From assembly GCA_040261535.1 (NCBI GenBank), contig JBDQNU010000003.1, positions 42,334 through 106,333 of the forward strand: a DNA stretch of 64,000 bases. Reading direction: 5' to 3'. Of the stretch, positions 1-9,329 are shown in pieces (position 1 is the first letter of the stretch; every line of letters begins with the position of its first letter). The notes beneath the pieces are model-generated. The model was given only the letters and a program-made list of their open reading frames with translations. It made no database searches and was not told the origin of the DNA. Both the position numbers and the translations under genes were made by a program. The DNA comes from Poseidonia sp. (GTDB lineage Archaea > Thermoplasmatota > Poseidoniia > Poseidoniales > Poseidoniaceae).

Positions 1-1
1 C

Positions 2-220
2 GATGGATTGGTCCAGACTGGTGATGCGAACGACATGGAAACCGTTGTCCAGTGCTCGGACGCTAACGGAGGCTTGGGGCGGTGCTTTTTCGACCGAGGT
101 CAAGGCTCCTTGCATCAAGACGAAAACCATGCTGGACAACATCACCGTGATGGCGAGAAGCAGGACGGTTGCGATGACGGGGCTGACCGCCTCATCGTTG
201 CGTCGCAGGTGCACTCGCAT
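2..220 (-). CDS. Archaeal type IV pilin (class III signal peptide); 3' end runs off the window
   Basis: Not in the ORF track because it has no stop in the window. Manual translation from ATG 220: MRVHLRRNDEA|VSPVIATVLLLAITVMLSSMVFVLM..., a typical archaeal prepilin motif (charged leader, A|VSPVI, hydrophobic helix). Confidence 0.85.
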   Translation of the reverse strand, partial: MRVHLRRNDEAVSPVIATVLLLAITVMLSSMVFVLMQGALTSVEKAPPQASVSVRALDNGFHVVRITSLDQSI

Positions 221-298
221 GGAGGTTACCACACCGTCAAATCACTTGAACCAACCGATGAAAGGCGGCTTTGGAGGCTTGATTCAGCGCCGATGTTC

Positions 299-1444
299 TC
301 AAAGCAACCACAACGGTTTCTCGCACTCCATCGCTCGTTTGATGCCGCCAATCGGCCCAAGAATGCGAAGCACGGCTTCGGTGATGAGGTCGCCTCGCAG
401 GAAAGCATAGCCCATGTTCTTCGTTCGTAGCGAATTTTTCAGGGCGGGCCCCAAGCACGCACGCAATCGCTTTTCATACGCTACGAGGGGGGCACCGGTT
501 TGGAAGTGGTCAATGATGGCTTCCGCAGCAAAGCAACCCGAAATGATGGCTTGACTGATTCCGCCACCGTTGCTCGGCATCACCAAACCCGCAGCATCGC
601 CAACGGCAAGCGTGTTCCCGTCCACCATTCGCTTCACGGGACCACCCATCGGAATCCAGCCGCCGCCTATCGACAAGATTTCGAGGTTCAAATCCTTACA
701 AAATTGCTCGAGATGGTCTTTGAGCGAGCCTTTGAGTTTGCCAGCACGCACCCCCAGACCGACGTTGGCGAAGCCCGGCCCTTTGGGGATGATCCAAGCA
801 TATCCAGAGGGAGCCACCGAGCCCAAAAACACATCAAAGGTTTCAGGAACGTCGCCCTTGACTTGGGCGTAAATGGTGGGAACTTGGTCTTCGGGTCGAA
901 CGGATCGGTCTTGGCCATGACGCAACCTTGCGACGTGCGCGAGGCTCCCGGAGGCGTCAATGAGCACATCGCAAGTGAACCGCCCTTCGCTGGTGACGAG
1001 AATCTCTCGGTTGGCTTTTCTTTGCCGTTGCAAACGCTTGAGCGAGGTGTTGGTCAAAATCTCTGCACCTGCTCGGACGGCCTTATCGGCGAGATAACCG
1101 TCGAACTGCAAGCGATGACCTGCAAAGGCATCCAGTTCGAACTCGTAGGATTTCCCCGATGGAAGGAACACGCGCATGTTGTCAAGACGGTGCAGGCGGA
1201 GCCGTTGTGGAAAGTCAAAATAGGATTTCAGCCATTGATTGTCGCCGATATGGCAAAACGTCCCTACGACTTCCCCCCAATTTGGTATGCACTCGCCGCA
1301 CTGGGCAGGATTGCCGACCACCGTTCGTCGTTCAAGGACAAGAACATCGATGCCCTCTTCGGCCAGACGCTGGGCGGCAGCACTTCCTGCAGGACCGGCT
1401 CCGACCACGATGACCGAGCGATGTTGAACGTCCTTCACGGCCAA
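299..1444 (-). CDS. Geranylgeranyl reductase family FAD oxidoreductase (DGGGPL reductase-like)
   Basis: VVGAGPAGS FAD motif, CGE, GYAWIIPKG, GDAAG...GGGI motifs. Confidence 0.9.
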   Translation of the reverse strand: MAVKDVQHRSVIVVGAGPAGSAAAQRLAEEGIDVLVLERRTVVGNPAQCGECIPNWGEVVGTFCHIGDNQWLKSYFDFPQRLRLHRLDNMRVFLPSGKSYEFELDAFAGHRLQFDGYLADKAVRAGAEILTNTSLKRLQRQRKANREILVTSEGRFTCDVLIDASGSLAHVARLRHGQDRSVRPEDQVPTIYAQVKGDVPETFDVFLGSVAPSGYAWIIPKGPGFANVGLGVRAGKLKGSLKDHLEQFCKDLNLEILSIGGGWIPMGGPVKRMVDGNTLAVGDAAGLVMPSNGGGISQAIISGCFAAEAIIDHFQTGAPLVAYEKRLRACLGPALKNSLRTKNMGYAFLRGDLITEAVLRILGPIGGIKRAMECEKPLWLL

Positions 1445-1453
1445 ACGATCGCC

Positions 1454-2437
1454 TCAAGTGTGCCTGATTTTGACAAATTCAGTGATGTGCAGCATCATGG
1501 ATTTCGCTTCGGAGTCGGGGAAGGTGTCCAAGGCGGCTTGGGCCCGTTCAAGGTGGGTTCGGACCAACAACTCGGCATACACCATGCTGTCGGACCGGTC
1601 AAGCAGCGCCATCAGTTCATCAAAATCATCGTCGGTGAAGGTCTCGATGAGTTCTGACAAACGGGTACGGTGCTGGCCGTGAGAAAGCGTCAGCGCATGA
1701 ATGAGGGGCAGCGTCATCTTTCCTTCGTAGACATCAGCCCCTCGTGGTTTCCCCATCCGTTCATCGCCTCGCAAATCCAAAAGGTCGTCCACGAGTTGAA
1801 AAGCGATGCCAAGTTCCATCCCAAAAACTCGCAAGGCTTCGGCTTGTTCTTTGGAAAGGCCGGCGACGAGGCCGGCGGTGTAGCATCCGGCTGCAAAAGG
1901 TCCTGCGGTCTTTCCACGGACGATGGCGAGGTAATCCTCTGGCGATGTGGCCAAATTCAACACGTGGTCGAGTTGATGAAACTCCGAGACGGCGATGTCG
2001 GCACAGCATCGAGCGATCACCGTGACGATTTGTTCGCTGTATCGGCCTCCCAGAGCGAAACCGTGCACGAACAACCAGTCGCCCGCAATAACGGCCTTGG
2101 CTTGACCGGCTTGGGCGTGGATGGTGGGAATGCCCCGGCGATGACGAGCGTCGTCGTTGATATCGTCATGCACCAAGGTGGCCGTGTGGATGAGTTCAAA
2201 CGCCAAAGCGAGGGGCATGACCTCTTCTTGCTTCGTCCCTCCAGCGAGTTTGTAAGCGAGAAGAAACAACAGGGGGCGGAGGCGTTTTCCTCCCGCATTG
2301 AGAACGCGACCTGCTTCAAGAGCAACTTCGCCCGCCCCTCCTTTGACCTCTTCGTCGATGAGCCGTTGGAGTTCGTTGTTCACTTCTTCGCGCATGCTTT
2401 GGAGCGCGGCGGAGAGGACTTCGACATCGCTGCGCAC
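1454..2437 (-). CDS. idsA: Polyprenyl diphosphate (GGPP) synthase
   Basis: GGKRLRP, FARM LVHDDINDD..RRG, KT, SARM FQLVDDLLD, D..EGKMTLP. Confidence 0.9.
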   Translation of the reverse strand: MRSDVEVLSAALQSMREEVNNELQRLIDEEVKGGAGEVALEAGRVLNAGGKRLRPLLFLLAYKLAGGTKQEEVMPLALAFELIHTATLVHDDINDDARHRRGIPTIHAQAGQAKAVIAGDWLFVHGFALGGRYSEQIVTVIARCCADIAVSEFHQLDHVLNLATSPEDYLAIVRGKTAGPFAAGCYTAGLVAGLSKEQAEALRVFGMELGIAFQLVDDLLDLRGDERMGKPRGADVYEGKMTLPLIHALTLSHGQHRTRLSELIETFTDDDFDELMALLDRSDSMVYAELLVRTHLERAQAALDTFPDSEAKSMMLHITEFVKIRHT

Positions 2438-2518
2438 ACTCGGTTGACGACGGTGGGCTTCTTAACCAATCGTCCACGCCCACAAGCCGTGGGGGGAGAC
2501 CTCCGCCGAGGTGAACGG

Positions 2519-3628
2519 ATGGAAGAACAAGAGCGACTTGTCGTCCTCACCACCTCCAACCGTGACGACGGCGTTCGTAACCAAATTGAGCGCACCGTCC
2601 ACACCCATGGGCGTCTCAGAGACATGCGAATGAAGCAACTGCCCCATCTTGAAACGGCGATTGAGGCCCTTCGAGAGGGACACGGCGACATCGTGGCCAT
2701 GAGCGCTTTCGATTGGGAGAATCATGCGGTCGACGGCCTGATCATCGCTGGAGTCTTGCCGAGAAAGGAGCCAACCTGGGTCCTTGTTGGTCCGGACAAA
2801 CCGGAGTATCTTCTTCCCGAATCGGTGGTGATGTGCGACCACGAACTGCTTCGACGCCAAACGCGGCGAATGCGATCCGACCTGGTGTTGATGTCCAAGG
2901 AGGAACTCATCGCTCACCTCGGCCATCAAGAAACGTTTGCGTCCCTTGATGTTGACGAGCAGTGGCCCTGGATCGAAGAGCGCATGAAGCAAGGGGAGTT
3001 TGCTGGTTTCATCGTCCCACGTTCAATCCATGCAGGCCACCGAATGAAGAGTCGAAGGCACACGCTGGGTCTTCAACGGGACCAATCCGAGAGCGAGCGA
3101 GAACGGTTCGTCCCACCACCGCTTCACGGATTTACCCTGCTCGTGGCCCGCCATGGTTTCCCAAAAGGCAGTCTGCGGGAGATGGTGGACCCCAGTGCAG
3201 AACTCGCTTACCGACTTGAATCAGCCATGCTGGAAAGCCTGGACCCCGTGTACCACCCCATCACCGGCATGTACGTTGAACAGCGAAAAATCTCGACCTT
3301 CTTGAAAAAAGCGACCAACGAAGGCGACGAAACCTTGCTCAACACCTTGGTTGACCCCAACAAGAAGAAGGGCGTCTACAAAGCGGGTCCGAGGGTTGAA
3401 CTGCTGATCGAGACCCTCAACCCGAGCGGTACGGTCACCGCTGCATGTGAACGGATTGTTCTGCCCGAAGACAGCCATGTAGGCATGGTGAACCTGTTGC
3501 GAGAATTCATGGAGTTGGTGAACTTGATGACCAGCGAGCATGAGAGCACGAAACGGAACATACCCGGCTTTCCCGCATCCTTCTCAGAGCCCCGCCCCGC
3601 CATGATGCGCCTGAGCGAAGAAGAATAG
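2519..3628 (+). CDS. Divergent porphobilinogen deaminase (HemC)-like protein, probably inactive
   Basis: Likely start ATG 2519 after GAGGTGA; the upstream part of the 1670 ORF is antisense to idsA. Segments resemble HemC: ALREGHGDIVAMSAFD, LPRKEPTWVLV, LLRRQTRRMRSDL, FVPPPLHG, RLESAMLESL. Confidence 0.6.
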   Translation: MEEQERLVVLTTSNRDDGVRNQIERTVHTHGRLRDMRMKQLPHLETAIEALREGHGDIVAMSAFDWENHAVDGLIIAGVLPRKEPTWVLVGPDKPEYLLPESVVMCDHELLRRQTRRMRSDLVLMSKEELIAHLGHQETFASLDVDEQWPWIEERMKQGEFAGFIVPRSIHAGHRMKSRRHTLGLQRDQSESERERFVPPPLHGFTLLVARHGFPKGSLREMVDPSAELAYRLESAMLESLDPVYHPITGMYVEQRKISTFLKKATNEGDETLLNTLVDPNKKKGVYKAGPRVELLIETLNPSGTVTAACERIVLPEDSHVGMVNLLREFMELVNLMTSEHESTKRNIPGFPASFSEPRPAMMRLSEEE

Positions 3629-3732
3629 GCGGCTCGTCCAAACAAGGCCACGAACCCTGCATCTCGCCTCCGTCCGACGGCGAAGACATATATGCTTTCA
3701 ATGCGGCAAACCGCCAAGAGGTGAAGCGAATC

Positions 3733-5409
3733 ATGGCAGCGTCCGACATGTTGGCCACGCTCTACCAAGCACGCTTCGATGACCTCAAGTCCATCGCTGG
3801 CGAACATAACCTGCCCAAAACGGGTCCCGTTGAATCCTTACGAGCACGGCTTATTCGGGCCTTGGTGTTGGACGACTGGGACCTCTCAACCGCCGGTATG
3901 CGGGCCATTTCAAACAACGATCTCGGCGAATTGTTGGGATTGTTTGGAATCAAGAAATCCGGTTCCATCAAAGCCCGAAGGCAACGCCTCTACCTTCATC
4001 TGAACCACGACCCGAAGACGCTTACCACCGATAACCTTGACCAGATGACGCGTGACGAGTTGCACGCTCTTTGCAAAGAATTGGAACTCCCGCTTTCGGG
4101 CAATAAACAGAGTTTGCTCGCAAGGGTGGCCGGCGTCCTCGCTTCTCAAGAAAATGCATGGGGCAAGGTCAAGAAAAGCCTTCGCCGACCGAGAGAAGCA
4201 GCGCCTGTTCCACAACCAAGTCTTCCGGTGCCAACCCCCTCCGCAACCGATGAGGTGGAGGCGAACGTTTGGGCAGAACCGATGAACGAAGTCCATGAAG
4301 AGGTGACGGAGGTTGTATCGTCTCACGATGATCTTCAAAGCACGTTCGAGGAAGAAGCGAGCGTTGCTCCGCCGATGATTCAACACGTCGAGGCCGGCGA
4401 GGTCTACAGTTTGGAAATCGAAACGGCGCTGATGGAAGTCGACGAACGAACCGCTGAGGTGCAGGCCTTTGCTCGTGATTTCTTGACCGTGAGCTCGACC
4501 ACCGACGTGGACGACATGAATGCCTTCATCGCCTCCCTCCGGGACCAAGGCTTCGCCACGGACTATGCACTGGTCCACCAAAAGATCGCCAACATCGTCA
4601 TGGAATTGGACTATAGAACGCAACATGAGTCGGCGGCCGCAACGTCACTCCCCCAATCATGGAGCGAACGAGAGGCGCTTCGGTTGTTCGAGGAAGTCCG
4701 GAGTCACCTTCGAGACCAATTGGAGAATCTCCTCGCCCTTCACAAGGGTGACCTCGTCAAAGCTCGGATGGCCTTCGAAGAAGAAGGGCGAACGCTCGGC
4801 TTGGATTTGCGGGTGCCGAGCGTTTCAGGACGATTGCATGCGCTGTTCGACCTCCACGTTGAAATCGCAGAGTCGCAGGCGCTGCACGACCCGGTGGTTC
4901 AGCGTCGCCAACGCATGCTCCGAATCCTTCACCGAGGCGCTGTTCACATGTCCGAATCGGAGAAATTGACCGTGAACCGACTTGAACGCAACCTGGTGGC
5001 GTTCGAAGAACTGGTTCAAACGGTGCTCGAATCATCTGAAGACGGTTTCGAAGAACACCACCAAGCCTTGGTCATCAGGTTCCTCGAGTCCAAAGGGTAC
5101 GAGGTGAACACCAGCAACCTGCGGCCGAGAATCCTCGCATGTGCAGGCGTCTTGGGTGCAGAATTGGGTTACCTCTCACCGGCGGACATCCCGAAAATTG
5201 CCCCCGGCGTTCTTGTTTCAGAAACCGAAGTCGATGCGATCGTGACCGAACTCCGTGCATTGGCCTCGAGTTTCAAGCCCCAAGCGGATGCCGTGGAAGA
5301 AGAGGAAATCGAGGTCGCCGAATCGGTGTCCGATGCCTCGCAAAACGTCCAGCGTGTCCGAGGTAAAATCGACAAAATCGATGAATTGCTCAACCGTTTG
5401 AACGGCTGA
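3733..5409 (+). CDS. Triple SAP-domain DNA-binding protein with acidic linker and helical C-terminus
   Basis: Three SAP-like repeats (LKSIAGEHNLPKTGPVESLRARL; LGELLGLFGIKKSGSIKARRQRL; LHALCKELELPLSGNKQSLLARV); GAGGTGA SD before ATG 3733. Confidence 0.75.
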   Translation: MAASDMLATLYQARFDDLKSIAGEHNLPKTGPVESLRARLIRALVLDDWDLSTAGMRAISNNDLGELLGLFGIKKSGSIKARRQRLYLHLNHDPKTLTTDNLDQMTRDELHALCKELELPLSGNKQSLLARVAGVLASQENAWGKVKKSLRRPREAAPVPQPSLPVPTPSATDEVEANVWAEPMNEVHEEVTEVVSSHDDLQSTFEEEASVAPPMIQHVEAGEVYSLEIETALMEVDERTAEVQAFARDFLTVSSTTDVDDMNAFIASLRDQGFATDYALVHQKIANIVMELDYRTQHESAAATSLPQSWSEREALRLFEEVRSHLRDQLENLLALHKGDLVKARMAFEEEGRTLGLDLRVPSVSGRLHALFDLHVEIAESQALHDPVVQRRQRMLRILHRGAVHMSESEKLTVNRLERNLVAFEELVQTVLESSEDGFEEHHQALVIRFLESKGYEVNTSNLRPRILACAGVLGAELGYLSPADIPKIAPGVLVSETEVDAIVTELRALASSFKPQADAVEEEEIEVAESVSDASQNVQRVRGKIDKIDELLNRLNG

Positions 5410-5415
5410 TCAGAC

Positions 5416-6657
5416 TCAATGTTGCTGGGCGTAGAAGTTCTGCACGACGGACGTCACCGTTTGGATGTCCGAGATGCCCCGAGAACACAAATCCTCGATG
5501 ATGGCTTGGCGTTGAGCGACGTGCCGTTCAAACACATCCGGCGTGACGCCTGCGGCGTTGCAAATGGTTTCGCGGAGTTTGGATGGAATCCCCGTTTCTT
5601 CGATCTGGTCGGTCGCTGCGTTGTATTTCCAAATGGCGTTGAGGCGAGGCTTGTCGCCTTCCATGCCGGCGACTTCCGCAACTTCCGTGATTTTACGGGC
5701 CGTCCTACCGTTGACGTGGAGACGAGCCTGAATGATGATCAAATCGAGTCCGCTCAACATGATGGGCGGGACGTTCATGGGTGGGTTGATCATTCTCGTG
5801 ACGGTCTCCTGGGCAGTGTTGGCGTGGAGTGAGCCAAAGGAACCGTCGTGTCCGGTGTTCATCGCGGTCAACAGCGTAGCGCACTCCGGGCCACGGACCT
5901 CACCGACGATAATGCGGTCAGGACGCATACGAAGGCTGGATTTGAGACAGTCGTTCATGTCCACCTCCGATGTTCCGTCGGGTCGCTCGCGGCGGGTTTC
6001 CATCCGAAGCCAATGGTCGTGATAGACCTGCAATTCGGCGGTGTCTTCCACCGTCAAGAGGCGACGGGACCAGGGAATGTACATGCCGAGACAATTCAAC
6101 GTCGTGGTCTTACCGGACCCCGTACCGCCAGCGATGACAAAGTTCGCTGGCCGGCTGTCAAGTCCTTCAATCCACACCCACATCATGGCAGCAAGGCGGG
6201 AATTGACGGTTCCAAAATTCACGAGGTCGATCATCGTGAGCGGGTCTTCCTTGAACTTACGAATGGTAAGGGTGGGGCCGTCGGGAGAGACCGGAGGGAT
6301 GGTTCCGTTCACACGAGAGCCGTCGGGCAGTCGTCCGTCAAAAATTGGGACAAGTCCGGGCCCGTCGCCGAGCGGCACGTTGGTGAAGGAAGCGATGTTC
6401 TTGGCGATTTGCAAGCCCGATTCGTCGTCGATCCAGATGTTGGTTCGGCACATGCCGTGGTTGCGATGGGCGACCTTGACGCATTGCGTGCCTCCGTTGT
6501 ACATCACTTCTTCAAGAGCATCGTCCTCAAACAACGCCGCCAAATCCCCGTACGGGTTCGCTTCAATGTCCCCTTCGACATGATAAATCGGCGAGGGGTG
6601 GTTGGCCTCGGTGTAAATCGTTACGCGCCCGTATTGTTCCAAAATTTGTTCAGACAT
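5416..6657 (-). CDS. TadA/CpaF/VirB11-family pilus assembly ATPase
   Basis: Walker A GGTGSGKTT, Asp box VEDTAEL, LRMRPDRIIVGEVRG, His box TGHDGSFGSLHA. Confidence 0.92.
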   Translation of the reverse strand: MSEQILEQYGRVTIYTEANHPSPIYHVEGDIEANPYGDLAALFEDDALEEVMYNGGTQCVKVAHRNHGMCRTNIWIDDESGLQIAKNIASFTNVPLGDGPGLVPIFDGRLPDGSRVNGTIPPVSPDGPTLTIRKFKEDPLTMIDLVNFGTVNSRLAAMMWVWIEGLDSRPANFVIAGGTGSGKTTTLNCLGMYIPWSRRLLTVEDTAELQVYHDHWLRMETRRERPDGTSEVDMNDCLKSSLRMRPDRIIVGEVRGPECATLLTAMNTGHDGSFGSLHANTAQETVTRMINPPMNVPPIMLSGLDLIIIQARLHVNGRTARKITEVAEVAGMEGDKPRLNAIWKYNAATDQIEETGIPSKLRETICNAAGVTPDVFERHVAQRQAIIEDLCSRGISDIQTVTSVVQNFYAQQH

Positions 6658-6660
6658 GGT

Positions 6661-7392
6661 TTAGCCTCCTACTGCTTTCACGGCTCCAAGGTACAAGCCC
6701 ATCGAAACGGCCATCCAAAGCGGAAGCCACCAGAGGGTGTCTCGGAACCGACCCATCATCCTCCCCGACACGCTCACGCCCACGGCGGAAGCGGCGGCAA
6801 AGAAGAAGGAGAAGGTCTGGTTAAAGGAAGCGATTTGGAAGCCCTTGCTCGCAGGGGCAAACAAACCGACGATAAAGGCGATAAGAACAGGTAAGCCTAC
6901 GCTTACAAAGATGATGATGAGCATGCCTCGGCCTTGCAATTCGCTCTCCCTTCGATTCATGAGGTCGTTCAGGCGCTCGTAATCGCGGCTCAAATCGTTG
7001 AGGATTTCGCGCAGCGAGGAGTTCTGCTGAAGCGCTGTTTCTACCAACATCATGACGCGTTGGACTTGGCTGGACCGGGTCTTCGCAGCAAAGGCGGAAA
7101 GGCTCGCTTCAAACGAAGAGGCGTGACCTTCCTGAAGCGTTTCGCGAAGCAGGAGGGCGAGGGGTGAATCGCTGGCTTCGGATTGCTCCTTCATCGCTTC
7201 CTGGAGGCCCCGGCCTGCACCCACCGAATCCGCAAGGGCTTCAAGGAACGAGGGGAGCTCGTTCTCGATCGCTCGGCGGCGGCGGCGTTCAAGCATCGGC
7301 GGAATACCGCCGCCCATGCAGGCAACGGCCACGACGATCAAATACAACAAAATGGGGGGGTCGTTGAAGGATTCGAGAAGGCCAAAAATCAT
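6661..7392 (-). CDS. TadB/TadC (GspF-like) pilus membrane platform protein
   Basis: IENELPSFLEALADSVGAGRGLQEA motif, several TM helices, adjacent to the ATPase. Confidence 0.8.
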   Translation of the reverse strand: MIFGLLESFNDPPILLYLIVVAVACMGGGIPPMLERRRRRAIENELPSFLEALADSVGAGRGLQEAMKEQSEASDSPLALLLRETLQEGHASSFEASLSAFAAKTRSSQVQRVMMLVETALQQNSSLREILNDLSRDYERLNDLMNRRESELQGRGMLIIIFVSVGLPVLIAFIVGLFAPASKGFQIASFNQTFSFFFAAASAVGVSVSGRMMGRFRDTLWWLPLWMAVSMGLYLGAVKAVGG

Positions 7393-7401
7393 CTCTCCAC
7401 C

Positions 7402-7983
7402 TCACAATCCCGGGTCTTTTGTGTGCGCCTTAAGCCCGATAAGCGCCATTCCAACGAGCGTGATGAGCAAGCCCATGTTGACCACGCTGTTGATGACGGC
7501 CGGATCGGGAAGGGACATGAACGCACCCAAGTCCCCCGACATCAATTGCGGGACCAAGCCGACGATGGCGAGAATAATCGGGCCGATCATACCGATTGAC
7601 AACAGCGTTTCAGGAACGCCGCCCAACTCTTCGATGTATTTCTCAACCTCCTCGGTGCGCTCTTCCTCCATCCGAGTACCCTGTTTTTTCAAGGTCTCAA
7701 CAAGGTCGGTGTTCTGCGTGACGTTCGTGTAGAGCGTGTTGAGCAATCGCTTGTACCCGGCGGATTCAGCGAGTTTCATCATGTCTTTGAGTTCACGATC
7801 AAGGCCCTTTGAGTTCCCTTTTTGCAGGCGCTTCATCATCGCAGAAAAGTCGGCTGAAATAATGCCGTAACCGCCCCGGCCAATGGTGTGAAGGGCTGCT
7901 TCAAGACCCACGCCAGAGGACATCAAAACATCGAGGGTACGAATAACGTAGAGGAGTTCTCGCTTTTCCTCTAGTTTTCGCAT
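7402..7983 (-). CDS. Short TadC/GspF-like pilus membrane platform protein
   Basis: LDVLMSSGVGLEAAL...YGIISADF motif, two C-terminal TM helices. Confidence 0.78.
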   Translation of the reverse strand: MRKLEEKRELLYVIRTLDVLMSSGVGLEAALHTIGRGGYGIISADFSAMMKRLQKGNSKGLDRELKDMMKLAESAGYKRLLNTLYTNVTQNTDLVETLKKQGTRMEEERTEEVEKYIEELGGVPETLLSIGMIGPIILAIVGLVPQLMSGDLGAFMSLPDPAVINSVVNMGLLITLVGMALIGLKAHTKDPGL

Positions 7984-7993
7984 CTACTGCACC

Positions 7994-8347
7994 TCAAATG
8001 ACGTCTTCGAGCAACTCAAAATGGAACGATTCGTTGGAACTGTCGTATTCCATGACGGCGAAAATCACCTTGACATCTCGCTCCTCAAAGGGGTCGTGGA
8101 TGTAGGGCTGCCCTGTTCGGAACATGGCCACGATGCGCTTGTATTCGTCCAGCGAGAGTTCTCCTCGAACCGTGTACAGGGTTGATTCTGAACCCTCGTC
8201 GTGAAGGTCATCGCCCTCTTGACCGCGGATCACGGTGCGTGTTAGACGTCGGGTCATGCGGACCTTCATGTCAGCGTTTGCAATTCGGACCCAATCGGAA
8301 CTTGATGTCCCCGTTGCGGGGCGTATGAAGAAATCCATTCCAGCCAT
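7994..8347 (-). CDS. Small hypothetical protein resembling phage DNA_circ_N / tail-tube-initiator fold
   Basis: RRLTRTVIRGQEGDDLHDEGSESTLYTVRGEL...HDPF...FHFELLE resembles the remembered DNA_circ_N pattern; 10 bp from the next tad gene. Confidence 0.5.
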   Translation of the reverse strand: MAGMDFFIRPATGTSSSDWVRIANADMKVRMTRRLTRTVIRGQEGDDLHDEGSESTLYTVRGELSLDEYKRIVAMFRTGQPYIHDPFEERDVKVIFAVMEYDSSNESFHFELLEDVI

Positions 8348-8411
8348 GTTTGACCCTCATGACTTCCACGCCATGAGAAGGACTTCAATGTGTTGGAGTG
8401 ATTCAATCGCT

Positions 8412-9329
8412 TTAGGCAACCTTGAACCATCCAAACCTTGGCTCATCAAGACGACCGCTTTCGAGCAGTTCATCGAGGACCGATTCGGCTTTTTCCCTGA
8501 CGTGCCCTCTGGCGACAGCGTTTTTCAGAACGGTGTCAAAATCAACGCCTTCTCCCTGGTCGAGGTGGCCCACGACCTGCACGAGGAACGCCTCAAGATC
8601 GGCGCTGCCTTCACCACCGCCATCACCGTTGACTTCTCCCTGATCGGAGGGCAATGACATCATCGGCGGGGGGGTCGTCGCCGCCTCAAGACGGCCCTCG
8701 GCAATGTCAAGGGCTTGCATGAGGTTGAGTTTGAACGGTTCGAGATCAACCTCGCCGTAATGGTTGCGAGCCACCAAGAGACTGCTGGCCAAGCCGGCAC
8801 GGTTGTAAGCGTCCGCCGTGGGTTCAACTTCCAACGAGGCGGTGTGTTCGTTCATTCGCACCATCGTGCTTTGACAGGCATCCAAAAGCCAGTTTGCGTA
8901 AACGTCACGGGAAACAACGCAGGCTTCTTCGGGACGTAGCGAGGTGTAAACGGCCCCCTCATCGGTTTGATACCAGCGCGTTTTCGCCGTCATCATCACG
9001 AGAAGAGGTTCGCCGTCGTTCAAGCGCTCGACCCATTGGTGCGAGAGTTCTCGCATCATCTCGGAGTTGTAGTCACCCACCGAGAAATAATGCAGTCCCG
9101 TTGGGTCTCGCAGTTGCCCTTGGTAGAGCGTTGAACCGTTGGAGGTTTCACGTTCCTCCAACCGCTCCAAGAGACCTGCTGCAACAACGCGATTGACCTT
9201 TGCACCAAGCTTTGTGATAACGAACGATGGGTCGTACTCGCCCGAGCCCTTCTCATGCAGGGTTGCGCTTCCAAATTCTGAGGCGAGGAGCAAATGAGCC
9301 GGTTGGCGGGAGATGCGTGCACGCTCCAT
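8412..9329 (-). CDS. RPA-associated OB-fold protein (RPA2/RPA32-like) with C-terminal winged helix
   Basis: TKLGAKVNRVVAAG, LRDPTG, SLRPEE OB motifs; C-terminal LLESGRLDEPRFGWFK; TGATG overlap with the rpa stop. Confidence 0.82.
   Translation of the reverse strand: MERARISRQPAHLLLASEFGSATLHEKGSGEYDPSFVITKLGAKVNRVVAAGLLERLEERETSNGSTLYQGQLRDPTGLHYFSVGDYNSEMMRELSHQWVERLNDGEPLLVMMTAKTRWYQTDEGAVYTSLRPEEACVVSRDVYANWLLDACQSTMVRMNEHTASLEVEPTADAYNRAGLASSLLVARNHYGEVDLEPFKLNLMQALDIAEGRLEAATTPPPMMSLPSDQGEVNGDGGGEGSADLEAFLVQVVGHLDQGEGVDFDTVLKNAVARGHVREKAESVLDELLESGRLDEPRFGWFKVA

Noticed and set aside
1670-2518. N-terminal 283 aa of the 652-aa ORF
   Set aside because: Antisense shadow of idsA; an SD and HemC-like similarity begin at ATG 2519.
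7994-8347. Prophage or tailocin
   Set aside because: No capsid, terminase, sheath, baseplate or integrase genes were recognised; only one tail-like ORF.
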